The notes under the pieces are model-generated. The model worked only from the letters and a program-made list of their open reading frames with translations. It had not been told where the DNA came from and did no database searches. Below, piece after piece: positions 10,291 through 20,420 of a DNA stretch of 64,000 nucleotides (its first letter is position 1; every line of letters starts with the position of its first letter). The DNA comes from a virus. Both the position numbers and the translations under genes were made by a program. The stretch is taken from the IMG/VR virus record IMGVR_UViG_3300028025_000091, positions 64,001 to 128,000 of that record; one strand, written 5' to 3'.

Positions 10291-10310
10291 AATATCTACT
10301 TAACTAACAT

Positions 10311-12455
10311 ATGGGACTTTACCAAATACTTACAGCTCCACAAAATTTTAAATTTTACGCGGAAAAATCTTTTCCGAATGCTAATGCTGTATCTACTGCT
10401 AATTTTTTTGGGCAAAAAAGTATTGGATATGGAGACTCTAACCAACCATATGTTAAAATCCCATTTGCTGGCTCAGGCACATCTTTTTCTAAATTAAATG
10501 AACCATCAAAAGATTTTCCATGGTTTTTAAATGAATTTGGGAATCTTCCTTTAAATTTTATTAGTGGTATAGGAGGTCAACTTATAAATGGATTTGATTT
10601 AACATCTAGTAGCCCATTAAGATATAATTCACGATCTTGGGGCCCTGATTTTTTAACTAGAGGAAACGGTTTTGGATTTATTAGAACATCAGATGATGTA
10701 TTACGATTAACGAAATATTTTACTGATGATAGAAGTGTTAACGGAAACCTTTTTATAGCTAAACAGAATATTCTTTCAAGAGTTTCTCCAAAAACAGAAG
10801 CATCATATGGTCTTTCTTATGGGTTGGGTGCTTTAAATGGAGGTGTCTATACTCCTCTTTCAACCCTAGCACAAGCTGGAATAAGCCTAATAGAAGGACA
10901 TGTATACAAACAAGGACTTGATCCATTTAATACTATCCCAGGATCGGGTATAAGAACATACCAACAAGCTCTTATCCCTCAACTTGTTGGAGGTATTTTT
11001 CCTAGTAAAAACCGCTTAATTAAATTAAGTAGATTATCATATGCAACTGAAAGTGAAGTTGTCGCTTTAAATATAGAATCTCCTTACAATGTATCATCTA
11101 ATACAAATTATTTTATTTCTTACGGAGGAGGGCCAGATTCATTTTTAGGAATAGGAAAAACTAAACTTAAATACGCTACAGATAATACGGGTGAAGTTCC
11201 TCTCCGTACTCTTTCTCAAAAGGGGCCATATTCGTTTAATAATACTTATTGGTCTAGCACATACACTTCAAATCCATTAACATGGGATAGAAAAGATTTA
11301 GCCCAAGCAACTTCATCTATATATGATGAATCACCAATAGTAACGGAAGATTTTAGAAAACAATTATTAGATACTTCTACTATTGGTCAACAAACATTTC
11401 TTAGCTTATCCCCTAGTTATAAAATAGAAGCTCTTAATACAGGTAATATTGAAAAAAGAACTAATTTTAGAGGAGCGGGGGCTAGAGGAAACTTAAGAAA
11501 TTTTCAAGCAGGTAAAAAAAGCGTTAATGCTGGAAAAGTCTTAGGCCCTACTGATCTTATCAATGCTTTTCCTATATATCAAGGAACAACACCATCCAAT
11601 AATGATTTATTAAAGGATATGGTTGATTTTCGTATAGGGATTTATGATAATGATACTATTGGATTAGGTGGTACTATTAAACTTAACTGGATGCACTTTA
11701 GGGTTCTTTTAGATGATTTTTCTGATTCATATGGTGCTGATTGGAAAGCAATAAGTTATATGGGTAGAGCAGAAAATTTCTATAAATATGATTCATTTAA
11801 AAGAGATATTTCAATTTCATTTACTGTAGCAGCCCAATCAAAACAAGAATTATTACCAATATATAAAAAATTAAATTATTTAGCTTCTTCATTAGCACCT
11901 AGTTACTCGGCAAATGGATTTATTCGTGGAAATTTATCCCAAATTACTTTAGGTAATTGGTTATTTGAACAACCTGGATTCATCAGCTCAGTAGATTTAT
12001 CTATTCCTGATGATTCCCCTTGGGAAATTAATTTACCATTGGATGGAAAAACTGATGAACAAGTTAAACAAGTGCCCCATATGGTTAATGTAAAAATTAA
12101 ATTTACTCCAATCCATAAATTTAGACCTGAAATTAATAAATTATCAAACCTTCAAGACGCATCTACATTCTCTGAAAACAATATCCTATACAAAAATCCA
12201 ACATATGGACCTCAAAGATACATTGCCCTTTTGGATAATGAATCTAATGCATACGATACCCCATTAATTGACCCAGCTCAACTAAACCAACAAAATAATC
12301 CAGGTGCAGGTCAATCAAATACTCAACAAAACCAAATACCTTATGGTCCACTCAACTACTTAGAATCACTACCTCCCTCTATAGTTGATTTTTCAACAAC
12401 ACCAGAAATCCCACTCCCACAAAATCAATTCACAAATCCTAATTTTCCATATTAA
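10311..12455 (+). CDS. Baseplate / tube-initiator protein
   Basis: C-terminal tube-like domain FSDSYGADW..ISYMGRAE.FY.Y..F.R.IS.SF, KKLNYLAS, ITLG, PGFISS. Confidence 0.65.
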   Translation: MGLYQILTAPQNFKFYAEKSFPNANAVSTANFFGQKSIGYGDSNQPYVKIPFAGSGTSFSKLNEPSKDFPWFLNEFGNLPLNFISGIGGQLINGFDLTSSSPLRYNSRSWGPDFLTRGNGFGFIRTSDDVLRLTKYFTDDRSVNGNLFIAKQNILSRVSPKTEASYGLSYGLGALNGGVYTPLSTLAQAGISLIEGHVYKQGLDPFNTIPGSGIRTYQQALIPQLVGGIFPSKNRLIKLSRLSYATESEVVALNIESPYNVSSNTNYFISYGGGPDSFLGIGKTKLKYATDNTGEVPLRTLSQKGPYSFNNTYWSSTYTSNPLTWDRKDLAQATSSIYDESPIVTEDFRKQLLDTSTIGQQTFLSLSPSYKIEALNTGNIEKRTNFRGAGARGNLRNFQAGKKSVNAGKVLGPTDLINAFPIYQGTTPSNNDLLKDMVDFRIGIYDNDTIGLGGTIKLNWMHFRVLLDDFSDSYGADWKAISYMGRAENFYKYDSFKRDISISFTVAAQSKQELLPIYKKLNYLASSLAPSYSANGFIRGNLSQITLGNWLFEQPGFISSVDLSIPDDSPWEINLPLDGKTDEQVKQVPHMVNVKIKFTPIHKFRPEINKLSNLQDASTFSENNILYKNPTYGPQRYIALLDNESNAYDTPLIDPAQLNQQNNPGAGQSNTQQNQIPYGPLNYLESLPPSIVDFSTTPEIPLPQNQFTNPNFPY

Positions 12456-12472
12456 CAATAAATTTTTAATTT

Positions 12473-12784
12473 ATGAATCGATATAATGTAGCTCAAGTAG
12501 TTAAAACTGTAGAAGATCCAAGAAGAAGATATACAAATATAAAGTATCCTTCAATTTTGCCATCTTCTGCTGATATTTATATATATACGGGTCAAGGAGA
12601 TAGATATGATACTTTGGCTTTAACATATTATAGTGATACTACGTTATGGTGGGTTATTAGTAGATCAAATCCTTCCCAACCAAACGATACATTATATCCG
12701 AATGTTGGAGCTCAAATTAGAATACCTGCCTCTTCTAGAATCCCACAATTAATATCTGCATTCCAGAATTTAAATAGTATTTAA
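12473..12784 (+). CDS. LysM-like baseplate wedge protein (gp53/gpX-like)
   Basis: GDRYDTLA..YY.D.TLWWVI..SN...G.QIRIP. Confidence 0.75.
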   Translation: MNRYNVAQVVKTVEDPRRRYTNIKYPSILPSSADIYIYTGQGDRYDTLALTYYSDTTLWWVISRSNPSQPNDTLYPNVGAQIRIPASSRIPQLISAFQNLNSI

Positions 12785-12797
12785 AATTTAAAAAGTT

Positions 12798-15467
12798 ATG
12801 GCATTAATAGGAGAACCAATCCCTCAATACGTTCAAAATCAAATACAAGTTCGACAAGCTTCTTATGGTAGTGGTAGTCTTCCTGGTTTCCCAAGAACTG
12901 AGGAAATTTTACTCCACCAAAATTCCAATAATGCCTTTATTAAAATGGCATCTGGAGTTTCAATTTCAGCTGAGAAATTATCAGGATCAATGAATAGTTT
13001 AGGTTTTGGTGCTTTTGAAGTAGAAGCATTACAGGGGATGGGACTTGCTAAAAACTATGTTTTATTTGGTGGAACTGCTCAAATGGGAACATCCCCATCA
13101 GGTGAGGGAGTTCTTCAACAAAAGACTAATTTTTTAGGAAATCAAGGAGCATATGAAGCTACACCTAATTTCGGAATAGTTCCAATGCCAGGCATAGATA
13201 GTTTAGAAGTAAAATCACTAAATAGAGGATCATTAAAAAAAGCAACAGTAAAATTGACTGCCCAAACTAGAGATCAACTTGCTATTCTAGATGTTTTATA
13301 TATGCGTTTAGGATATACTGTTTTAATTGAATGGGGTAATTCTATTTATATGGCTTCTTCTGAACGGGAAACAAAAGATGGAAAAATTGAAGAAGGAAGA
13401 TTACAACAAATGTATACCTCTATTATAGAAAATAATTCTTTATTTTTTAATGCATCTTGGGAAAAGGGTAAGTCATATCTTGATCTTACAGAACAAATAG
13501 CTAAAGCTAGAAAAAATTATGATGGTAATTTTGATGCTTTACTAGGTAAAGTTTCAAATTTTAATTGGACATTTAACCCCGATGGATCATATACTATAGA
13601 ACTTACTGTTATCAGTTTGGGTGATGTAGTTGAATCTTTAAAAACTAACATTGCCGCTTCATATCAAACGTTAGCATATGTTGATACAAATGACCTTACT
13701 TGGGCTACTGAAGGTGAACCTATTGATACCTATAGAAAAGATAACATTATTCTTTCCATGCTCCATGTATTTAGACTACAAAATCTATCCCCTACAGGAG
13801 ACCCTATTACTATATATACTAAAAAAGGTGATGATTCTCTTCAAAAAAATGCTAAACTTGGAAATTTATTAGTTACAGGACCTCCTAGTATTAGTGGAAG
13901 TGATCATTATATAACTGAAACATTATATGTAGGATTTCAAGATAATGGAAAATGGATAGAACCTGGTGATTTAACAAATGAAGCCTATTGGGCCCCGGAT
14001 GGTCGAGAATTATCACAAGCTGAAGCCCAAACTCGAGCTAATGGTATTGCCGATAATGTTTTAGGTGGTAAATTAGAAGATTATAAAGGATATGGATATA
14101 AAGTAGTTGAAAGACCACTAAGTAGTGCTGTTGGTAGTGTTGGTATGACTGCAGGATCATATGCAAATTTCGCAACTTTAGTCTTTAAATACAAACGTGC
14201 CTTTCAAATATACACAGAAACATCCCCCAAATTTTCAGACGCTGCTTGGCTCCCATATATTGAGGTCCCTGCAGCTAGTAGAATGTCAGACCCTAAACTT
14301 GATACTAATCCTGTTGTTTTATACAGAAAAAACTTTGTAACTGAATACTCAGGTTACACATATGATGCTAAGAAAAAAGTCCCAGCAGCATCACTTGAGT
14401 ACATCACCCCATCAGCCCTCCTCTCCCCCTTATTTATCCAGGGTAATCCTTCTGCTATAGCTTCTGTTAAAGCAGGGACAAATGTCATTAAAGTTACTGA
14501 AGGTATTGATTCCAAAGAATCTTCCGTAAGTAGAGGATCTTTCAAAAATCCTTTAACAGGAACAGGATATGAAAAACAAGATGCTTTTGTAATAAAATTA
14601 GATAAACCCCAATATTATGTAAGATTTGGATATTTATTAAGTTTACTTAAACAAAAGGTTATTACTCGTATCAAAACTAATGATACCTCATATGAAAAAT
14701 ACCCAAACTTATTTGATATAAACACCTCTAATAATCAAAAAATGTTATGTTTACCCCTTCAAATATCTTTTGATTGGAGAACATGTATAGTAAAACGAGA
14801 AAATTTTTATAGAGATTCATGGAAACAAAATATTTTTAAAGAATTAGCAGACTGGGTGGATGGTAGTAATACCGCAAATATTATGAATATTTATTTGAAT
14901 TTTAATTTTCTTGCAAATTCTATGTCTTCTAATATGGATGAGCGAGGGAATGTCTCAGTATATGATTTTATTAAAGCGATATGTGATGGTATTAATAAAG
15001 CCATGGCCGGTGTAAACAACCTAGAACCTATTATAGATGAAGACACGAACACATTAAGTATTTTTGAATCATCCCCTATCCCTAAAGATTCCCCCGACCC
15101 AGGATATCATCTTCAACTTTATGGTTATGGAAATGGCGTTACTAGTCCGGCAGGAAATTCAACATTTGTTAGAAAAGTTGATTTAAAAACAGCAATCACC
15201 CCAGAATACGCTACAATGATTACTGTTGGAGCAACCGCTAATGGATACGTTAAAGGAGTAGAAGCAACAGCATTTGCTAGATGGAATGATGGATTAACAG
15301 ACAGATTCAAATCAGAACTTGTAGCAGCCGATAAAGATACTAACGACGATACCAAGGGAACTCGTGAGGATACCATTAATAGTTTTTTCCAAGCTATGAG
15401 TTGGAATGCTAAATGTTTTGGAATAGAAGGAGGAGGTAACCTCTGGGATATGTTCCCTAATCCGTAA
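12798..15467 (+). CDS. Baseplate hub protein (gp27/VgrG-like), N-terminal part
   Basis: PMPGI.S..V....RGSLKKATV, LYMRLGYTVLIEWG, GNFDALLGKVSNFNWTFN.DGSY.I.L..IS.GDV; ends in TAA TAA, in frame with 15474. Confidence 0.65.
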   Translation: MALIGEPIPQYVQNQIQVRQASYGSGSLPGFPRTEEILLHQNSNNAFIKMASGVSISAEKLSGSMNSLGFGAFEVEALQGMGLAKNYVLFGGTAQMGTSPSGEGVLQQKTNFLGNQGAYEATPNFGIVPMPGIDSLEVKSLNRGSLKKATVKLTAQTRDQLAILDVLYMRLGYTVLIEWGNSIYMASSERETKDGKIEEGRLQQMYTSIIENNSLFFNASWEKGKSYLDLTEQIAKARKNYDGNFDALLGKVSNFNWTFNPDGSYTIELTVISLGDVVESLKTNIAASYQTLAYVDTNDLTWATEGEPIDTYRKDNIILSMLHVFRLQNLSPTGDPITIYTKKGDDSLQKNAKLGNLLVTGPPSISGSDHYITETLYVGFQDNGKWIEPGDLTNEAYWAPDGRELSQAEAQTRANGIADNVLGGKLEDYKGYGYKVVERPLSSAVGSVGMTAGSYANFATLVFKYKRAFQIYTETSPKFSDAAWLPYIEVPAASRMSDPKLDTNPVVLYRKNFVTEYSGYTYDAKKKVPAASLEYITPSALLSPLFIQGNPSAIASVKAGTNVIKVTEGIDSKESSVSRGSFKNPLTGTGYEKQDAFVIKLDKPQYYVRFGYLLSLLKQKVITRIKTNDTSYEKYPNLFDINTSNNQKMLCLPLQISFDWRTCIVKRENFYRDSWKQNIFKELADWVDGSNTANIMNIYLNFNFLANSMSSNMDERGNVSVYDFIKAICDGINKAMAGVNNLEPIIDEDTNTLSIFESSPIPKDSPDPGYHLQLYGYGNGVTSPAGNSTFVRKVDLKTAITPEYATMITVGATANGYVKGVEATAFARWNDGLTDRFKSELVAADKDTNDDTKGTREDTINSFFQAMSWNAKCFGIEGGGNLWDMFPNP

Positions 15468-15473
15468 TAAGTT

Positions 15474-16454
15474 ATGCCTAGTAGTTTCGTAGATTCAAGA
15501 ATAAACCAAAATTTAGAAGTAGCAACCGAATACTTTAGGGCTCTAGTATCCGAAAAAACCACTAATACTCTAAACAAAGTAAATAAATCCGCGGGTTCTA
15601 TAGGTTTTATTCCTTACAATGTATCATTCACTATGGATGGTATTAGCGGAATTAAAATTTATAACGAACTATCTTTAGATACAAGTTTTTTACCTCCTGG
15701 TTATTCCGAAGTTACTAATTTTATAGTAACGGGAGTAGATCATAAAATACAAAACGGTGATTGGGAAACTAATATAAATGTAACTCTTATTCCTAGAACT
15801 GATCCTATAGATAATGTCATTACAAGTAGTCTTACTATCTTTGGCCAAATTGAAACCGCTCCTCCTACCCCAACAACCCCAACAGGTCCAGGCAGTGGAA
15901 CAACAATTGTAGCTAGTAAATCATTAAAAGAAGTCCTTATAGCAGCAGGATATCCTACAGGTACATTCAAACATGAATTTGCACTTGTTATAGGTACTAA
16001 AGAGGGCTATGTAAAAGGTTCATCCAATAGGCCATCAAGAAATAACAACCCAGGTAATCTAGCAGGTGCAGATTTTAAAGACATAGACCCAGGTGTAGTA
16101 ATAGAACCACCAAATGCAAAAGGTGAACAAAAATTCGCTAAATTTACAACTCCAGAACTGGGTGCTAAAGCTTTGGTTGAGAGAAAGATTAAAACATGGG
16201 GGAATGGTGGATATCCACCAACACAGGTAAATGGAAAAGATACAACATACCAAAATAAATGGGGTGTACCTGCATCTACAAGAGATATTCAAGGAGACAA
16301 TGTTAAATTAACCATAGAACAATTTATGTATATATATGCCCCACCAAACCAAAATAACACTGAAGGATATATAAATTCAGTAATTAATGCTTTAAAAGGA
16401 AAATACCCAACAATAACAAGAACTTCAAGAATAATCGATTTTATAAATTTATAA
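15474..16454 (+). CDS. Hub C-terminal cassette 1: shared N-domain + lysozyme-like 'RNNNPGN' domain
   Basis: Shared MPSSFVDSRINQNLEVATEYF...TGVDHKIQNGDWET; C-terminal RNNNPGNL...FAKF.TPE.G..AL...YAPP.QNNT..YI. Confidence 0.7.
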   Translation: MPSSFVDSRINQNLEVATEYFRALVSEKTTNTLNKVNKSAGSIGFIPYNVSFTMDGISGIKIYNELSLDTSFLPPGYSEVTNFIVTGVDHKIQNGDWETNINVTLIPRTDPIDNVITSSLTIFGQIETAPPTPTTPTGPGSGTTIVASKSLKEVLIAAGYPTGTFKHEFALVIGTKEGYVKGSSNRPSRNNNPGNLAGADFKDIDPGVVIEPPNAKGEQKFAKFTTPELGAKALVERKIKTWGNGGYPPTQVNGKDTTYQNKWGVPASTRDIQGDNVKLTIEQFMYIYAPPNQNNTEGYINSVINALKGKYPTITRTSRIIDFINL

Positions 16455-16488
16455 TATATTACTTAAAACTTAAATATTTACCCCAATC

Positions 16489-17559
16489 ATGCCTAGTAGC
16501 TTTGTAGATTCAAGAATAAACCAAAACCTAGAAGTAGCAACAGAATACTTCAAGGCTCTTGTGTCTAAAAGGACCTATGATGCAGACAATAAATTGAATA
16601 CCGCTGCTGGGTCTTTAGGTTTTATTCCTTTTAACATGAATTTTACTATGGATGGAATAAGCGGTATTAAAATCTATAATAAATTATCCGTTGATACAAG
16701 TTTTTTACCTCCTGGATACACCAATACAATGGAATTTATAGTAACGGGAGTAGATCATAAAATACAAAACGGAGACTGGGAGACAAATATTAAAACTACT
16801 TTTATTCCAAAAACAGGTAAAATAGACAATTACATAACAAGTAGTCTTACCATCTTTGGTCAAGTTGAACAAGCACCCACTAATACACCCCCATCAGACC
16901 CAGGTGTAGTTTCAGGTACAGTCACAGATAATGATCTTTGGATATATTTAACTTGGCAACAAGGTGAGGGTGGTGCTGCAGAACATTATAAAATTGCTAA
17001 AGGAACTAGAGCTTCCTATAGTCTTGTTACAAAAGCAGCTATTAAAAACAACTGGCCTGGTAGTTTAGTAGCCTCTAATGGAGTTAAAAAATCAGATATT
17101 GATTCTTTATACACATCAAATCCTCAAAAATTATCTCAAGGTTTTATAGATGTTTGGAAAACACAATATAAATCAAGAACATCAACGGCCCCATCAAAGA
17201 TAGATAGTGCTGGATCAAATGAAGTTGGCCTTCCATACTCTACTATAAAAGCAGCATTCATTACCGCCGCTGATCCTTCAAATGGAATAGGATATTCAAA
17301 TCTTGTCAATTTTGCATATATAGAAAATTCTTTCCAAAATGATTCCGAAACTTCAAATCTATACCAAGGTATGTTCCAAATGAATAAAACTACTCCTAAA
17401 TATAAAGCAGTATTAGATAAATATAACGATGGTAAAGGACGTAATTCATCATATACTAAATATGGAACCTCAGATTTTACAGGTTTTATGAAAGATATAG
17501 TTCCATTAATAATCTCAAAATTTAAATCATTTAAAACCGCATCAGGTTACCCCAATTAA
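16489..17559 (+). CDS. Hub C-terminal cassette 2: shared N-domain + SLT-like transglycosylase
   Basis: Same N-domain; C-terminal YLTWQQGEGGA and FAYIENSF...YQGMFQM. Confidence 0.65.
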   Translation: MPSSFVDSRINQNLEVATEYFKALVSKRTYDADNKLNTAAGSLGFIPFNMNFTMDGISGIKIYNKLSVDTSFLPPGYTNTMEFIVTGVDHKIQNGDWETNIKTTFIPKTGKIDNYITSSLTIFGQVEQAPTNTPPSDPGVVSGTVTDNDLWIYLTWQQGEGGAAEHYKIAKGTRASYSLVTKAAIKNNWPGSLVASNGVKKSDIDSLYTSNPQKLSQGFIDVWKTQYKSRTSTAPSKIDSAGSNEVGLPYSTIKAAFITAADPSNGIGYSNLVNFAYIENSFQNDSETSNLYQGMFQMNKTTPKYKAVLDKYNDGKGRNSSYTKYGTSDFTGFMKDIVPLIISKFKSFKTASGYPN

Positions 17560-17570
17560 TAAAACTTTAT

Positions 17571-18488
17571 ATGCCTAGTAGCTTTGTAGATTCAAGAATA
17601 AACCAAAACCTAGAAGTAGCAACAGAATACTTCAAGGCTCTTGTGTCTGAGAAGACTTATGATATTAATAATAAATTAAATAAATCAGCGGGTTCTATAG
17701 GTTTCATCCCCTTTAATATTAATTTTACTATGGATGGAATAAGTGGTATTCAAATTTATAATCAATTATCTATTGATACAAGTTTTTTACCCCCTGGGTA
17801 TACTGATACTCTGGATTTCATAGTAACAGGGGTAGATCATAAAGTACAAAACGGAGATTGGGAAACAAATGTAAAAGTAACCCTTATCCCTAGCACCAAT
17901 CAGATAGACAATTCTATAACAAGTAGTCTTACTATCTTTGGTCAAGTTGAACAAGCACCTGCTACCCCATCATCAGGACCAACAGTAACAGCAACAGGGG
18001 CATGGAGGATTTGGAATAAAGGTATATTCATTACATCCCCATATGAATTAAATATCCACCATTCTGGTCCTGGTCAGGTTTTTGAAATAGATCCTTCAAA
18101 TACTAGAAGTGGAAAATGGTCAAAAAATTCTGTTGGAAAATACATTTATGATGTTTGCTTATTTAGAAACGAAGGTGGAATTGAACAAAATAGACCATTT
18201 GTTCCTTCCCCAACAAATGGAACTGTAATAAGTACATCCCCTGATTCTGGTGGAAATTCATTTTTCACTATCAAGGGAGATGATGGATTAATATATGATT
18301 TTCTTCATATGGATAATTATCAAGTAGGTGTAGGTGATAAAGTAACCAAAGGTCAATTAATTGCAAGACAAAGTGATGTCATGCAAGTAAGACCAGGATA
18401 CCCAAAAGCAAATCACTTACATATGCAGATGCCAACAAAACAAGCACTAATAGATTATATTAATAGTTTATTAAATAATAGTTTCTAA
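17571..18488 (+). CDS. Hub C-terminal cassette 3: shared N-domain + M23 peptidase-like domain
   Basis: Same N-domain; C-terminal VPSPTNGTV, GN...I, FLHM...VGVGDKVTKGQLIA, NHLH. Confidence 0.75.
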   Translation: MPSSFVDSRINQNLEVATEYFKALVSEKTYDINNKLNKSAGSIGFIPFNINFTMDGISGIQIYNQLSIDTSFLPPGYTDTLDFIVTGVDHKVQNGDWETNVKVTLIPSTNQIDNSITSSLTIFGQVEQAPATPSSGPTVTATGAWRIWNKGIFITSPYELNIHHSGPGQVFEIDPSNTRSGKWSKNSVGKYIYDVCLFRNEGGIEQNRPFVPSPTNGTVISTSPDSGGNSFFTIKGDDGLIYDFLHMDNYQVGVGDKVTKGQLIARQSDVMQVRPGYPKANHLHMQMPTKQALIDYINSLLNNSF

Positions 18489-18499
18489 TAGTTATAATC

Positions 18500-19141
18500 A
18501 TGGCATATTATCCAAAATCCCAAGTCAAAACTAATTTATATACCAATGGTAATGAATATGCTCTTAGTACCACACAACAAGAGTATACAGGATATTATTA
18601 TAAAACATCAAGTGGAAAACTATATACAGGAAAAAATCCACAAACAAACCCCACAATCCTTTTACAAATAATTACTCCTACATTAGATGATGTCCCTTCT
18701 AATGACTCTCTACAACCCCAATCATCTATTAATCCCATACCAAGATCATCTAATAATATACAAATAGTTAATAATTCCCCATCATCAATTGACTATCGCC
18801 CAGGAAATGCTGTAGACCGTGTTATCCCACAATTTAATGTAACCCTACCAACTGCTTCAGATAAACAAAGAGGATTCCTTATTCGCTATTTCTGCAAAAA
18901 GAATAATGAACTAATCTACTTTGAAACTTCCCAAGCAGACTATGATAGAATTAAAAGCCAAGACCCATCAACCGCATATGATTTATATTCAGTTGCTGCA
19001 CTTAAATGGTATATAACTGGAATTACCACTCAAGTTGCTAATCAAAATATATCCCAAGTCAACCAAACATCAGCGGCAAACGGATGGTTAGGTTTTATTC
19101 AATATTTCCAAGGAGACTTTACTAAATACTTGGGAACTTAA
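18500..19141 (+). CDS. Hypothetical baseplate-region protein
   Basis: 213-aa ORF closing the tail operon; YTNGNEY, YTGYYY, YTGKNP motifs. Confidence 0.6.
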   Translation: MAYYPKSQVKTNLYTNGNEYALSTTQQEYTGYYYKTSSGKLYTGKNPQTNPTILLQIITPTLDDVPSNDSLQPQSSINPIPRSSNNIQIVNNSPSSIDYRPGNAVDRVIPQFNVTLPTASDKQRGFLIRYFCKKNNELIYFETSQADYDRIKSQDPSTAYDLYSVAALKWYITGITTQVANQNISQVNQTSAANGWLGFIQYFQGDFTKYLGT

Positions 19142-19158
19142 TATATAGTTTGTATCTT
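19130..19158 (+). promoter_or_regulatory. Class I promoter TTGG-N19-TATCTT upstream of polA
   Basis: TTGG at 19130, TATCTT at 19153. Confidence 0.6.
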
Positions 19159-19164
19159 CAAAGC

Positions 19165-20415
19165 ATGTATTGGCTCATAGAAGATATTGAACATATAGAA
19201 ACAATTTGTCGCATTAAGCACCAAGAGGCTTATGTAGACATTATTCCATGTTCACATACACTTCACCCTGTTGAAAACGAAGTATGTGCTATATATATTA
19301 GACCAAAAAATGATACAAAAGGATACATCATTGCTATAAACCATAGCGAAACAATAAACTTTGATTTAGAGGTAGTAGAAAGAGTATTAAACAGTATTGA
19401 AAATATTTATGTAAGGGATAGAAAAGAATTTTTACATTACTTCCCAATCAAGCACTGTTACCAACCATCACCCTCCCCCCATACGTATATACCTCAATTA
19501 ACACAAGCCCACACTCAGTTATATCATAGGTACCCACAAGTACAAAATCTAAACACAATTGTACCGATCGTAAAACACTATGAGGTATGTGAACAAAACT
19601 TTGCAAACTACGACAAAACAAACCTAAATCCGTTTTACAATAAGGCGGCATTAGTGTTTAATCAACTCGAACGAGCGGGTATAAAAGTGGATCAAATCAA
19701 ATTCGAGCAGTACTTCGACAAAGAAGCAAACGAGTTTATATACACGCAATATAATTTAAATACATTAACCACAAGACCTTCAAACGCATTTGGAGGCATT
19801 AACTTTTCAGCTTTAGATAAAAACAATGGAGAAAGAGAATGTTTCATACCGCGCAACAATTCGTTTATTGAAATGGATATTAGTGCTTACCATCCTACCC
19901 TTCTTGCTAATTTACTTGATTACACTTTCGATAGCAGTGATATCCATGGTAGTTTTGCTAAAATGTATGGAGTGGATTACGCCAAAGCAAAAGAGATCAC
20001 GTTTAAACAAATTTATGGTGGAATTTGGAAAGAGTATAGGGAACTTCCCTTCTTTAGAAAAGTAACAGCATATACGGACGATTTGTGGGATACATTCAAT
20101 TATGGGGGACACATCAAATGCCCAATTTCAGATCATAAGTTTTATAGCAAAGAACTGGAAAACATGAATCCACAAAAACTTTTGAATTATGTACTCCAAA
20201 ACTTGGAGACCGCAAATAATGTTTGTATACTATACGATATTTTTAAAATATTACGAGGGAAAAATACTAAACTCGTGTTGTATGTGTATGATTCGTTTTT
20301 ATTTGATTACGATAATAGTGAACCGGATGTAATGCTTAAAATATTAGGAATATTTAACAAATACAATTTACAAATAAAAACCAAAAAAGGCACAAACTAC
20401 GCCAATATAAAATAA
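19165..20415 (+). CDS. polA: Family A DNA polymerase (compact)
   Basis: T.RPS..F..INF; motif A EMDISAYHP; motif B KAKEITFKQIYG; LNYVLQ; motif C LYVYDSFLFD. ATG at 19165 preferred over TTG at 19150. Confidence 0.85.
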   Translation: MYWLIEDIEHIETICRIKHQEAYVDIIPCSHTLHPVENEVCAIYIRPKNDTKGYIIAINHSETINFDLEVVERVLNSIENIYVRDRKEFLHYFPIKHCYQPSPSPHTYIPQLTQAHTQLYHRYPQVQNLNTIVPIVKHYEVCEQNFANYDKTNLNPFYNKAALVFNQLERAGIKVDQIKFEQYFDKEANEFIYTQYNLNTLTTRPSNAFGGINFSALDKNNGERECFIPRNNSFIEMDISAYHPTLLANLLDYTFDSSDIHGSFAKMYGVDYAKAKEITFKQIYGGIWKEYRELPFFRKVTAYTDDLWDTFNYGGHIKCPISDHKFYSKELENMNPQKLLNYVLQNLETANNVCILYDIFKILRGKNTKLVLYVYDSFLFDYDNSEPDVMLKILGIFNKYNLQIKTKKGTNYANIK

Positions 20416-20420
20416 AAGTT

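Larger units (their letters stand above)
15474..17960 (+). repeat. Three direct repeats (~380 bp) starting at 15474, 16489 and 17571
   Basis: Copies 2 and 3 are identical for their first 78 nt; copies 1 and 2 share tttatagtaacgggagtagatcataaaatacaaaacgg. Confidence 0.9.

Noticed and set aside
15462-15476. Stop-codon readthrough or genetic-code reassignment joining hub and cassette 1
   Set aside because: Two consecutive TAA codons; TAA, TAG and TGA all end conserved genes at expected positions, and cassette 1 has its own start context.
15474-18488. Diversity-generating retroelement explanation for the three repeats
   Set aside because: No reverse transcriptase in the window. Differences between copies are not adenine-specific and many are synonymous, and the repeats lie at N-termini of intact ORFs.
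1-19141. Bacterial extracellular contractile injection system (eCIS/tailocin) rather than phage
   Set aside because: Contiguous with phage-type replication, RNR, homing endonuclease and lysis genes in one dense same-strand layout; no host housekeeping context.
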